Virus record (IMG/VR): IMGVR_UViG_3300012953_000006
Location: 1-36,551 of that record
Origin: a virus
Lineage: Duplodnaviria; Caudoviricetes
Length of the DNA: 36,551 nt
Reading direction: 5' to 3' (one strand)
Made by a program: the position numbers and the translations under genes. Shown piece by piece: positions 19,146 to 27,141 of this stretch (positions are counted from its first letter, which is position 1; each line of letters begins with the position of its first letter). Below the pieces are notes generated by a model, which searched no databases, was not told the origin of the DNA, and saw nothing but the letters and a program-made list of their open reading frames with translations.

Positions 19146-19321
19146 CAAAAAAATCAACTGTAAATAAAGCAGGTAATTATACCAAACCAACTTTAAGAAA
19201 ACGTATATTTCAGAGAATAATGAATAGTAGTTCTTATGGTACACCTAGTGGTAAGTGGAGTGGGCGTAAAGCACAGGCACTTGCTAAAGCATATAAGAAA
19301 GCAGGTGGGGGTTATAAATAA
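19142..19321 (+). CDS. Basic protein, 59 aa (…GKWSGRKAQALAKAYKKAGGGYK)
   Basis: Translated by hand; ATGA and TAATG overlaps; recognisable marine-phage motif. Confidence 0.8.
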   Translation: MTKKSTVNKAGNYTKPTLRKRIFQRIMNSSSYGTPSGKWSGRKAQALAKAYKKAGGGYK

Positions 19322-19557
19322 TGGCTCTATCACCATCACAGAAGTCTTTAAAGAACTGGTCGGCTCAGAAGTGGAGAACCAAGTCAGGAAAGAAGTCTAG
19401 TGTCACTGGAGAAAGGTATTTACCAGAAAAGGTAATCAATAGGTTATCTTCAAGTGAATACGCAAGAAGCACAGCAAAGAAAAGAAAGAATAGAAAGAGA
19501 GCAAAGTACAGTAAGAAAATAGCTTCTATGGTTAAGAACGCACTTAAAGTTGTTTGA
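19321..19557 (+). CDS. Basic protein (QKSLKNW..QKWRTKSGK...GERYLP; DUF5872-like from memory)
   Basis: 78-aa ORF coupled to the upstream ORF. Confidence 0.75.
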   Translation: MALSPSQKSLKNWSAQKWRTKSGKKSSVTGERYLPEKVINRLSSSEYARSTAKKRKNRKRAKYSKKIASMVKNALKVV

Positions 19558-19570
19558 TTTTGATGATTTT

Positions 19571-19591
19571 TAATTAAGTGCCACTATTAGG
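19571..19591 (+). promoter_or_regulatory. Candidate phage-RNAP promoter (phiOR-like position)
   Basis: TAATTAAGTGCCACTATTAGG; similar to 27087-27106 and 33901-33919. Confidence 0.55.
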
Positions 19592-19687
19592 ATATTACTA
19601 TAGTTAAACTTATAGTTATATCTTTATGCAGAAATAAGAAAAACCAACAACATCTAACTATAAGTATATCTTATTGTAAATAAAGTT

Positions 19688-19954
19688 ATGGATAAACCTA
19701 AAATAATATATCTCAAAGCTCTCTTTAAGAAACATAAGCCAGAGAATAAGCTAGAGAAAATAATAAAAGATTTTGTAGTACACGCAGATTTACAAGAAGT
19801 AAGCAAAGAGAAACTTAAAGTTCCACAAAAAGACAGGTCTAAGGTGGCTAGAGAGTTTATATTAGATAATGTTGAGGACTTCTTGGCTTACGCAGTAGAC
19901 TATTCGTTATACGATAAGTTTTTCTATGACGAAAATTTAGAAGAAAAAATCTGA
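19688..19954 (+). CDS. Hypothetical protein (last late gene)
   Basis: 88-aa ORF. Confidence 0.6.
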   Translation: MDKPKIIYLKALFKKHKPENKLEKIIKDFVVHADLQEVSKEKLKVPQKDRSKVAREFILDNVEDFLAYAVDYSLYDKFFYDENLEEKI

Positions 19955-20256
19955 CAACCTTACGTATAGTCTTTATTTTTATTTTACCCCAGTGCCTAGT
20001 CTTTAATTTTGCAGGGGGTGGGGGTCGGAACGTATCCTTATTACGTTTTATTCACTGATTAGTTAGGTATTACTTCATTTTGCGTTAGTCTTAGTGACTA
20101 CCGAAGTACTTATTGCTTTGTTTTTTCTATTTTCTTGAAAAAATAATTTGCGTTTATCTCTCTCATTATCTGTTTTGATATTTATACAATTCTTTCCACA
20201 AAACTTATGGGTGGACTTGAAGTTTAACTATTCAATCTGATATACACTTTATAAGT

Positions 20257-21213
20257 ATGGTTAAGAAAAAGAAAATAATAACTGATAAAGATATAGATAA
20301 TCTTGCATTTGAAATAAGTAATCTTGATGGCAAGGCAAGAATTACAAGAGGTGGTAAACCAGTTCAAACAGTAGCACCACCAACTGATTACTCTGATAGA
20401 TATAAAGATTTAAAACAAAGAACAGACCAAATCATAAGGTTAAACCAAAAGAATACTTTAAAGAAACTACAAGAGCAATTGGATAGCGTACAAAAGAAAG
20501 TACAAGAACCTTTGAAACCAATAGTCAAACTACAAGAGAAGATTAATAAAGATATAAAACCGATTACTGACTTTCAAAAGACACTATTAAAAACTTCATT
20601 TCCATTTAATCCATTCTTTAACTTTGCACCTAAAGGTGGTGGTCTACTTGGCACTTACAATAGAAAGAGAAAAATGGGTAATACTATATTGGGTGGTAAT
20701 ATTAAATCAAAACCAATAGCTAGAAATAAACCTGATAAGGAAAAGAGAAAACCGTCTGCAATAGGTCTTGGATTAAATACCTATATGGATAAGCATAAAC
20801 TGGTAAATCCAGTGGAATTTGCAAAGGTATATCCAAAGAATAAAGACTACAAAATTAACCATTTTATTCATTTAAGAGAGGTATGTGCAGAACTTAACGT
20901 CAATGTAGAAGAAGCATTACTTTATATATGTGAGGGTATGACCTCAACTGACAACAGATGGCGTAGACATAGAATAGAGAAAGAGTTCTGGCGTGGCTCT
21001 GAAAGTATAGTCAATATGTGCAAGTATTATAAAGATAAAACTAAAGACGCACAGTCTAAAGGATTAGCCAAATATTCAGTTAAGAATTTATGGAAATCTA
21101 AATACGTAAAAAATATTTTTAATCAGAACCAAGCTAAAGTTCCAAGCTATCCAGTATTCAGTCAATGGTTTAAGAAACAAATGCACCACTGCGAAGTGTT
21201 GAAACTCTGTTAA
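20257..21213 (+). CDS. Hypothetical basic protein (first early gene)
   Basis: 318-aa ORF; no family recognised. Confidence 0.75.
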   Translation: MVKKKKIITDKDIDNLAFEISNLDGKARITRGGKPVQTVAPPTDYSDRYKDLKQRTDQIIRLNQKNTLKKLQEQLDSVQKKVQEPLKPIVKLQEKINKDIKPITDFQKTLLKTSFPFNPFFNFAPKGGGLLGTYNRKRKMGNTILGGNIKSKPIARNKPDKEKRKPSAIGLGLNTYMDKHKLVNPVEFAKVYPKNKDYKINHFIHLREVCAELNVNVEEALLYICEGMTSTDNRWRRHRIEKEFWRGSESIVNMCKYYKDKTKDAQSKGLAKYSVKNLWKSKYVKNIFNQNQAKVPSYPVFSQWFKKQMHHCEVLKLC

Positions 21214-21232
21214 TGTTTCACGTGGTTTAAAA

Positions 21233-21271
21233 GTTTCAGTATGACTGAAACAGTTTTAGTGGCACTGAAAC
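21233..21271. promoter_or_regulatory. Tandem 19-bp palindromes (operator-like)
   Basis: GTTTCAGT-ATG-ACTGAAAC and GTTTTAGT-GGC-ACTGAAAC, 1 bp apart. Confidence 0.55.
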
Positions 21272-21485
21272 AATTAAAACGTGTGTTCTATAGAATAATA
21301 AAATTTAAATGTTATATCCAGTTGTAGGCGTAATGCAGTTAAACTTTTGCAACAATTGTTTAATTAAATAATATTTAGCTGACCTTTACTATCTTTCTAT
21401 CAGTTGCTTACGCCTTAACAGGAAAGATTTTTTTATTAACATCAAACTTCTTTTTAGAAGTTGTTTAAACAAAAAAGGATTAGAT

Positions 21486-21656
21486 ATGTTTATAACACAC
21501 GTCAAAGAAACACCTAATGTAGGACATATGCTTGACACAGTGGGTAAGGATAAATTGGCAATTGCTTTAGCAAATGCTACTTCCGAACTTGGTGCAAGAC
21601 CTGTCGTAGCACATAAGGTTGTTGTCTTTCAAACACCAGAAGACGAGTTAGAGTAA
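21486..21656 (+). CDS. Small early protein, 56 aa (MFITHVKETPNVGH...PEDELE)
   Basis: Translated by hand; AAGGA RBS. Confidence 0.65.
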   Translation: MFITHVKETPNVGHMLDTVGKDKLAIALANATSELGARPVVAHKVVVFQTPEDELE

Positions 21657-21812
21657 TGCAGTCACTGGTTGTCACAGACAATAGGTCGGAAAGCTACATA
21701 AGTTTTCTATCTATTTTTTCGCAGTTTATATTGAGTCTAAATTGCATACAATTCACAGGTGCAATAATCACTTGTGCAACAATCACAAATAATATACAGA
21801 TAGGAGTTAAGT

Positions 21813-22286
21813 ATGGAAAATAATAAGTTAAAAACTAAACCTTTAACTAAAGTCATTATGGCTATAGCAGAGGTGTCGTGCAAAGTATGGTACTATTGCA
21901 GATGTAAGTTATGGAGACAGATAAATGATTTTGATTATTATGTGTTTGACTTACGTTGCCAATATCCAAATCAGATAGTTTACAAACACGAAGTATCTGA
22001 CCTACCATTCTTCAACAGAACCATAAATAATGACGATGAGTATGAAAGGACTTCGTCAATAAAAATAGGTGACTGTTGTATCCAATATACTTTCAACAAG
22101 ATTAGACGTTCAGGTCTTATAGAAACAACTGAAGTACTTCCGTTGTTTGAACATATAGACCCATACAAAAATCAGTTGGAGAATATAATATCACAGACAA
22201 AAATCTCTCATAATGAACCTAAGAAGTTAAAGGTAATAAAGCTAAATAGAAAGGAGAAGAATGTCGTACAGTTGCACAGTAAATAA
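21813..22286 (+). CDS. Hypothetical early protein
   Basis: 157-aa ORF with AGGAG RBS. Confidence 0.7.
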   Translation: MENNKLKTKPLTKVIMAIAEVSCKVWYYCRCKLWRQINDFDYYVFDLRCQYPNQIVYKHEVSDLPFFNRTINNDDEYERTSSIKIGDCCIQYTFNKIRRSGLIETTEVLPLFEHIDPYKNQLENIISQTKISHNEPKKLKVIKLNRKEKNVVQLHSK

Positions 22287-22701
22287 CATTCACTTTGACA
22301 AAGTGTTTGTTCAGGAAGTGAGCAAAAGCACGAACAAGAATGTTCAGTTCGCTAATGGAATACCATTACAATTATCACTGACATTCAAGGTAATATGTAG
22401 TTTACCTGATACAGAAGAACTAAGTACAAATGTAATCAGGGATTATTACCATCAATTTTTTGGAGTTGTTATTTCTACTTCAAGTGTTTCAAGAATGATT
22501 TCAGACTTAAAAGGTCTGGGTTTTGTTGAAGCAATACTTAATCCATCAGGCAGTAAAAGGTTGTCTTGGGTTAAGCTAACTACACTTGGTAGAAGACTTC
22601 AAAAACTATTCATTGGAACAACTGCTGATTGGAAAGACCAACCCAGATTGACAGTGGATAGACAATTCAAACAAGCACGTTCTATGAAAGGAGTAATGTA
22701 A
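22261..22701 (+). CDS. Winged-helix (MarR-like) DNA-binding protein
   Basis: ISTSSVSRMISDLKGLGFV...KRLSWVKLTTLGR matches the MarR helix and wing; AAGGAG RBS. Confidence 0.8.
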   Translation: MSYSCTVNNIHFDKVFVQEVSKSTNKNVQFANGIPLQLSLTFKVICSLPDTEELSTNVIRDYYHQFFGVVISTSSVSRMISDLKGLGFVEAILNPSGSKRLSWVKLTTLGRRLQKLFIGTTADWKDQPRLTVDRQFKQARSMKGVM

Positions 22702-22702
22702 T

Positions 22703-24010
22703 ATGAACGCTAAACTAAAAGCACTTATAGGCGATAGACTTCCGAAAGGAATTTCTCTTAAAAGAGATAAGTCTTTGTTTATAAAAAAGTCTAAGAAGTA
22801 TAGACACAATGGTGAGGAAAAGGAGAAGACTTTAACTCACACAATTCATTTGGGTATAACTTCTGATATGACTGACGCAAAAGCAAGAGAGCAGTTTGAA
22901 ACTCAATTAGCTTCTGCAACAACAGTCAGAAACCAAATGGTAGAGAAGTTAGCTTCAAGAAAATTCCTTGAAACTGACACTGCAAAAACTGTAGGAGAGG
23001 GTTCGCTTCAGCAGGTATTCGATATGTTAAATGATTTGGGTACTTGGAAAGGCAAACACCAACAGTTGGTGCAACAATACTTTCAGGACACTATGAATTT
23101 TTTCGCTGAGAGGGAGAATAAAAAACCTATGGTGAAAGATTTACATACCAGTGAATGGACTTTATTTGAGTTCAAAGAATGGTGTGCTAAAGCAGTAGTG
23201 AATAGAAAGATGAATATGTATAAGACTGTTAATACAAATTCAGTCAATAAAAGACTGGGTGTGTGGAGACAGATTACTGCATATGCTATCAAGAAAAGAC
23301 TGTTTAGTCTTTCTGATACACTAGACCCAAGTAAGAAAAACTTTGGTATTGAAGATGAGAAAAGAAACCAAAGTAAACCTAAACCACCTCTATCAATAGA
23401 GCAGGAAGAAAGTCTTTTTGCAGTTATCAGAGAATATGATGATAGCTTTTGGGAAGATTGTTTAACTGTAGCTATAGATACTGGTGTTCGACACGATGGT
23501 GAATTGAATAGAATTTCTACTGATTGGATTGACTTCGGTAAGAAAACTCTACAATTCAAAAGACCTAAGACGCAAACTTGGTCTACTATTCCATTAACTA
23601 AAAGAGCATTTGATGTCTTTAAAAGACGTAGAGAGATTGCTCTTAAAGATGAGAACAACAGGTTCTTTCCTGTAAGTAAAAGTTCTATCAGACACACTTG
23701 GAATAAGTATCGTGAGAGAGCAGGGTTAAGTGTTGATTACACACCTTATTGCACAAGACATACTTTCATTACAAGATTAGTTGAAGCAGGAGTTTCACCT
23801 AAAGCAGTAATGGATTTAGCAGGTCACGGTGCAATCGAAACAACACTTACATTCTATACTCATTCAACAAATGAGATATTAGAAACTGCTATTTCTAGTT
23901 TAGAGGAATACAAAGATAAGAAGAAAGTAGCTAATATGAAACCAGTAAATGGTGCAGTTGGTGGTTCTTCTTTAATAGGTCATAACTCTAGAAAGGTGTT
24001 GAAAAAATAA
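22703..24010 (+). CDS. int: Tyrosine integrase
   Basis: TGVR (R), RPKT (K), YCTRH (HxxR variant) and LAGH...TLTFYTH (H, Y). Confidence 0.93.
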   Translation: MNAKLKALIGDRLPKGISLKRDKSLFIKKSKKYRHNGEEKEKTLTHTIHLGITSDMTDAKAREQFETQLASATTVRNQMVEKLASRKFLETDTAKTVGEGSLQQVFDMLNDLGTWKGKHQQLVQQYFQDTMNFFAERENKKPMVKDLHTSEWTLFEFKEWCAKAVVNRKMNMYKTVNTNSVNKRLGVWRQITAYAIKKRLFSLSDTLDPSKKNFGIEDEKRNQSKPKPPLSIEQEESLFAVIREYDDSFWEDCLTVAIDTGVRHDGELNRISTDWIDFGKKTLQFKRPKTQTWSTIPLTKRAFDVFKRRREIALKDENNRFFPVSKSSIRHTWNKYRERAGLSVDYTPYCTRHTFITRLVEAGVSPKAVMDLAGHGAIETTLTFYTHSTNEILETAISSLEEYKDKKKVANMKPVNGAVGGSSLIGHNSRKVLKK

Positions 24011-24026
24011 AGATGTCATCTATAAG
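23999..24026 (+). promoter_or_regulatory. Candidate sigma70 promoter for the tRNA
   Basis: TTGAAA-N16-TATAAG ending 22 nt upstream of the tRNA. Confidence 0.4.
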
Positions 24027-24048
24027 TTCTACATATCAATTGCGTAAT

Positions 24049-24133
24049 GGGGCGATGGTGGAACTGGTAGACACGCCAGTCTTAGGAACTGGTCGAGCAA
24101 TCGGTGAAGGTTCGAGTCCTTTTCGCCCTACCA
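24049..24133 (+). tRNA. trnL: tRNA-Leu (anticodon TAG)
   Basis: Acceptor stem GGGGCGA/TCGCCCT plus ACCA; anticodon arm CCAGT-CTTAGGA-ACTGG; long variable arm; T-loop TTCGAGT. Confidence 0.95.
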
Positions 24134-24137
24134 AAAC

Positions 24138-24364
24138 TGACTACGTTAGTGGATACGTTATCAGTCTTTTGGATACGCTAGTAGGGAAAGGAGTGTTGGT
24201 AGTTGTAGGTTTAAGTCCATACGTTGGTCTTAGGAACTACCGACACTTTTTCTCTTATGCACAAGTGACGAATATAACTGGTATCACTTGTGTTTTTTTA
24301 AAATATCAACCTTTGCACCTGTGCGTTAGTCACGTATCCAAACGTATCAAAACTAACGTATCCA
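24138..24364. other. Putative attP: core GTCTTAGGAACT (24227-24238) with arm-type repeats
   Basis: Core equals the tRNA-Leu anticodon loop region; TGGATACGTTA-like sites x3 on the left and their reverse complement x3 on the right. Confidence 0.75.
24259..24299 (+). terminator. Possible intrinsic terminator (arms double as operator-like sites)
   Basis: GCACAAGTGA / TCACTTGTGT inverted repeat followed by a T run. Confidence 0.4.
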
Positions 24365-24403
24365 TACACACGTGCAACAAAAATAAGAGGAAATGTTCAC
24401 ATT

Positions 24404-25372
24404 ATGTCCGACATATTAAATAAACAACAACAAGACTTACAGGAACAACTACAGGAATTAGTCAAAGTAGGAGTAGGTGGTAAGTTTAAAGACAACAATG
24501 ACTACACTAAAAGAATACAAGAAGAACTGGAGTTTGAAGAAGCTATGCTTCAGGGTGGTATTGATAGGTTTAAGAAGACAGTCAATGACGCTATTATAAA
24601 AGGTCAAGAGAGTACTACACTTCACGGATTGGTATTACAGCAGAAGTACATCACTAAATTATCCTTATTAATTAATGGCGATATATCACTTATGGAAAAA
24701 GGTGGTGCAGGTAATAGATTAACTGCATTAAAACTAATCTGTCAGTGTCTTCCCAAAGACGCATTTGGCAGTGGGTTATATCTTAAAAAGCAACACTCAA
24801 TCTGGGATACTTGTTCTTTGATTATCCTAAAGAATGTAATCGATGGTATCTCAAATGAAACCACAATGAATAAACTAGCTATCAAGATAGGCACAGGTCT
24901 AATGATGGAAGCTAGAATTACAATGTTCAAAGACCAGAACAAAGAAAAGTTTAATCAAGTTAGTAAAAGATTAGCTGAGAAAAACATACCTCAAAATGAG
25001 AACCGATATAGGTACAAGCAAAAGGTTTGGACTTATATGATGAATAAGAATGACTTGGTTTTTAATGACTGGGGTAAAGAGGGTAGACTTCACTTGGGTG
25101 TGAAGATGATTGAGTACTTGGAAAAACTAGGACTTATCAAGCACCAGAACCGAAAGCTAAATAAATTTAAGACAGTCACTTATGTTGAAGCTACTAGAAA
25201 AATCATAGATGAGATTAGGAATTTCAATATTAAGAATGAAGCACTACAACCAAAGTACTTGCCAATGCTAATGCCACCAAGAAGATGGGAATATAATCCA
25301 TTTGTTGGGGGATACTATGGAAGAAAACACAACTACGAAAATAAACCAGAAGATATTAAGGAGATAAAATAA
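24404..25372 (+). CDS. T7-like RNA polymerase, N-terminal subunit
   Basis: ELEFEEAMLQGGIDRF and PMLMPPRRW...GGYY correspond to T7 RNAP residues up to ~288. Confidence 0.9.
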   Translation: MSDILNKQQQDLQEQLQELVKVGVGGKFKDNNDYTKRIQEELEFEEAMLQGGIDRFKKTVNDAIIKGQESTTLHGLVLQQKYITKLSLLINGDISLMEKGGAGNRLTALKLICQCLPKDAFGSGLYLKKQHSIWDTCSLIILKNVIDGISNETTMNKLAIKIGTGLMMEARITMFKDQNKEKFNQVSKRLAEKNIPQNENRYRYKQKVWTYMMNKNDLVFNDWGKEGRLHLGVKMIEYLEKLGLIKHQNRKLNKFKTVTYVEATRKIIDEIRNFNIKNEALQPKYLPMLMPPRRWEYNPFVGGYYGRKHNYENKPEDIKEIK

Positions 25373-27069
25373 TGCACTTTAATTTAGTCAAAGCGTCAAA
25401 CCGTAGATACCTTGAAGAACTAAAGAACAGAGGACACGAAATGAAACCTGTATATGACGCAGTTAATATTATGCAGGAAACAGAATGGGTAATTAATAAA
25501 CCTGTATATGAGGTTATTTCTAAACTCATAGAGAGTGATGATGGTATGGGTAATTTACCTACTAATCCTCAGACTATTCCTCTACCAATTAAAGAAGTAG
25601 ATGTAGAGAATAATGATAAGACATCACCAACCTATAAAGAAAACTTAGTTAAATGGAAAAGACAGGCAAGTCTTGTTTATAAAGATAGAGCCAAGTCTAA
25701 ATCTAAATACATTCAAGTAAGACAAATACTTACTGAAGCACAATTACTTTTAGATAGGTCTTTCTTCTATCCATATCAGCTAGACTTTCGTGGTCGTATA
25801 TATCCAAAACCTGCTATGTTATCACCACAAGGTGCTGACTATTCAAGAGCATTAATTAAATTTAAATATGGAAAACAAATGAAAGAGAATAATTCATTTG
25901 ATGATTTCGCAATTGCAGGTGCAGGTTTATATGGTGAAGTTGATAAAGAGGATATTCAAACTAGATTAGATTGGGTCAAAGACAGACTAGATTTATTTGT
26001 TAGTTATGCAAAAGAACCATTAATAAATACTGATTGGTCTAAAGCAGATAAACCTTTCTGTTTTTTAGCTTGGTGTTTTGAACTTAAAGACTTTGCTGAA
26101 ACAGGATATGACGCAACATTTATAACAACATTACCAATACAATCTGATTGTAGTAATTCTGGTTTACAGCATTACTCAGCTATGATGAGAGACCCAGTTG
26201 GTGGTAAAGCTACTAATCTAATACCATCTAATAAACCTGAAGATGTTTATAGAATAGTTGCAGAAAAAGTTATTGAAAAATTAAAAACTAAAACAGACCC
26301 AATGGCTAAGTTGTGGTTAGATTATGGAGTAGATAGAAAACTCTGTAAGAAACCTGTGATGTGTTTACCTTATTCTTTAACTCAATATTCTTGCAGACAA
26401 TATCTACAAGACCACGTTGAGAAAGAAAAAATAGAAAAGAGTAGACCTCATTACTTTGGTGAAGATTTATTCAAAGCTACTAATTGGCTAACACCAATAG
26501 TATGGGAAAGTATCAATGAAGTTATTGTTGGTGCAAAAGAAATAATGGGTTTTCTAAAAACGGTATCAAGACTTGTTGCTTCTGAAAACTTACCTGTCAC
26601 TTGGACAACACCTAAACCTTTAAACTTTCCAGTACAAATGATGTGCTACAAAAAAGAAAGTAAAAGAGTAAAGACAAAGATGGGTGATAGTATAATAAAA
26701 TTATCTATTCAATCTGATACAGACGAAATAGATAAAAGAAAAACTGCACAATCTATATGTCCTAATTTAATTCATAGTTTGGACGCTAGTGTATTACAGT
26801 TAGCAGTAATCAAAGCTAAAGAAAAAGGTGTCACTAATTTTAGTTTGATACACGATAGCTTTGGTTGTGTTGCACCTGATGTAGCAAAACTTTCTGAAGC
26901 AATACGTGAAGCGTTCTGTGAAGTGTATGAACAAGATGTACTCACAAACTGGGCGATGGAAATGAAGCAAATGTTATCAGATAAAAATGCTAAGAAGTTT
27001 CCTCATATACCAGTAAGAGGTGAGTTGGATTTATCTTTAGTTAAACAATCAATATTTTTTTGTGTTTAG
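25372..27069 (+). CDS. T7-like RNA polymerase, catalytic subunit
   Basis: DFRGRIY, motif A DCSNSGLQH, motif B RKLCKKPVMCLPY, motif C IHDSFG; own AAGGAG RBS. Confidence 0.95.
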   Translation: MHFNLVKASNRRYLEELKNRGHEMKPVYDAVNIMQETEWVINKPVYEVISKLIESDDGMGNLPTNPQTIPLPIKEVDVENNDKTSPTYKENLVKWKRQASLVYKDRAKSKSKYIQVRQILTEAQLLLDRSFFYPYQLDFRGRIYPKPAMLSPQGADYSRALIKFKYGKQMKENNSFDDFAIAGAGLYGEVDKEDIQTRLDWVKDRLDLFVSYAKEPLINTDWSKADKPFCFLAWCFELKDFAETGYDATFITTLPIQSDCSNSGLQHYSAMMRDPVGGKATNLIPSNKPEDVYRIVAEKVIEKLKTKTDPMAKLWLDYGVDRKLCKKPVMCLPYSLTQYSCRQYLQDHVEKEKIEKSRPHYFGEDLFKATNWLTPIVWESINEVIVGAKEIMGFLKTVSRLVASENLPVTWTTPKPLNFPVQMMCYKKESKRVKTKMGDSIIKLSIQSDTDEIDKRKTAQSICPNLIHSLDASVLQLAVIKAKEKGVTNFSLIHDSFGCVAPDVAKLSEAIREAFCEVYEQDVLTNWAMEMKQMLSDKNAKKFPHIPVRGELDLSLVKQSIFFCV

Positions 27070-27086
27070 ACCTTTGCACCTGTGCT

Positions 27087-27106
27087 TAATAAAGTTCCAC
27101 TTATGG
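27087..27106 (+). promoter_or_regulatory. Candidate phage-RNAP promoter (start of replication genes)
   Basis: TAATAAAGTTCCACTTATGG; shared motif and expected position. Confidence 0.5.
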
Positions 27107-27141
27107 CTACACAACGTAGCTATAATTAATAGGAGTACACT

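Noticed and set aside
23083-23697. 204-aa minus-strand ORF and the other minus-strand ORFs in the track
   Set aside because: Antisense shadows of well-supported + strand genes; T7-like genomes are unidirectional
24138-24364. Short repeats as a mini-CRISPR array
   Set aside because: Repeats are 9-11 bp, irregularly spaced and inverted between clusters, which fits integrase arm sites; no cas genes
24013-24423. 136-aa ORF
   Set aside because: Overlaps the tRNA and attP repeats, has no RBS and no protein-like composition
25340-25380. RNAP break as a pseudogene, intron or intein
   Set aside because: No intervening sequence or homing endonuclease; motifs intact; dedicated RBS. A sequencing indel is unlikely but not excluded without reads
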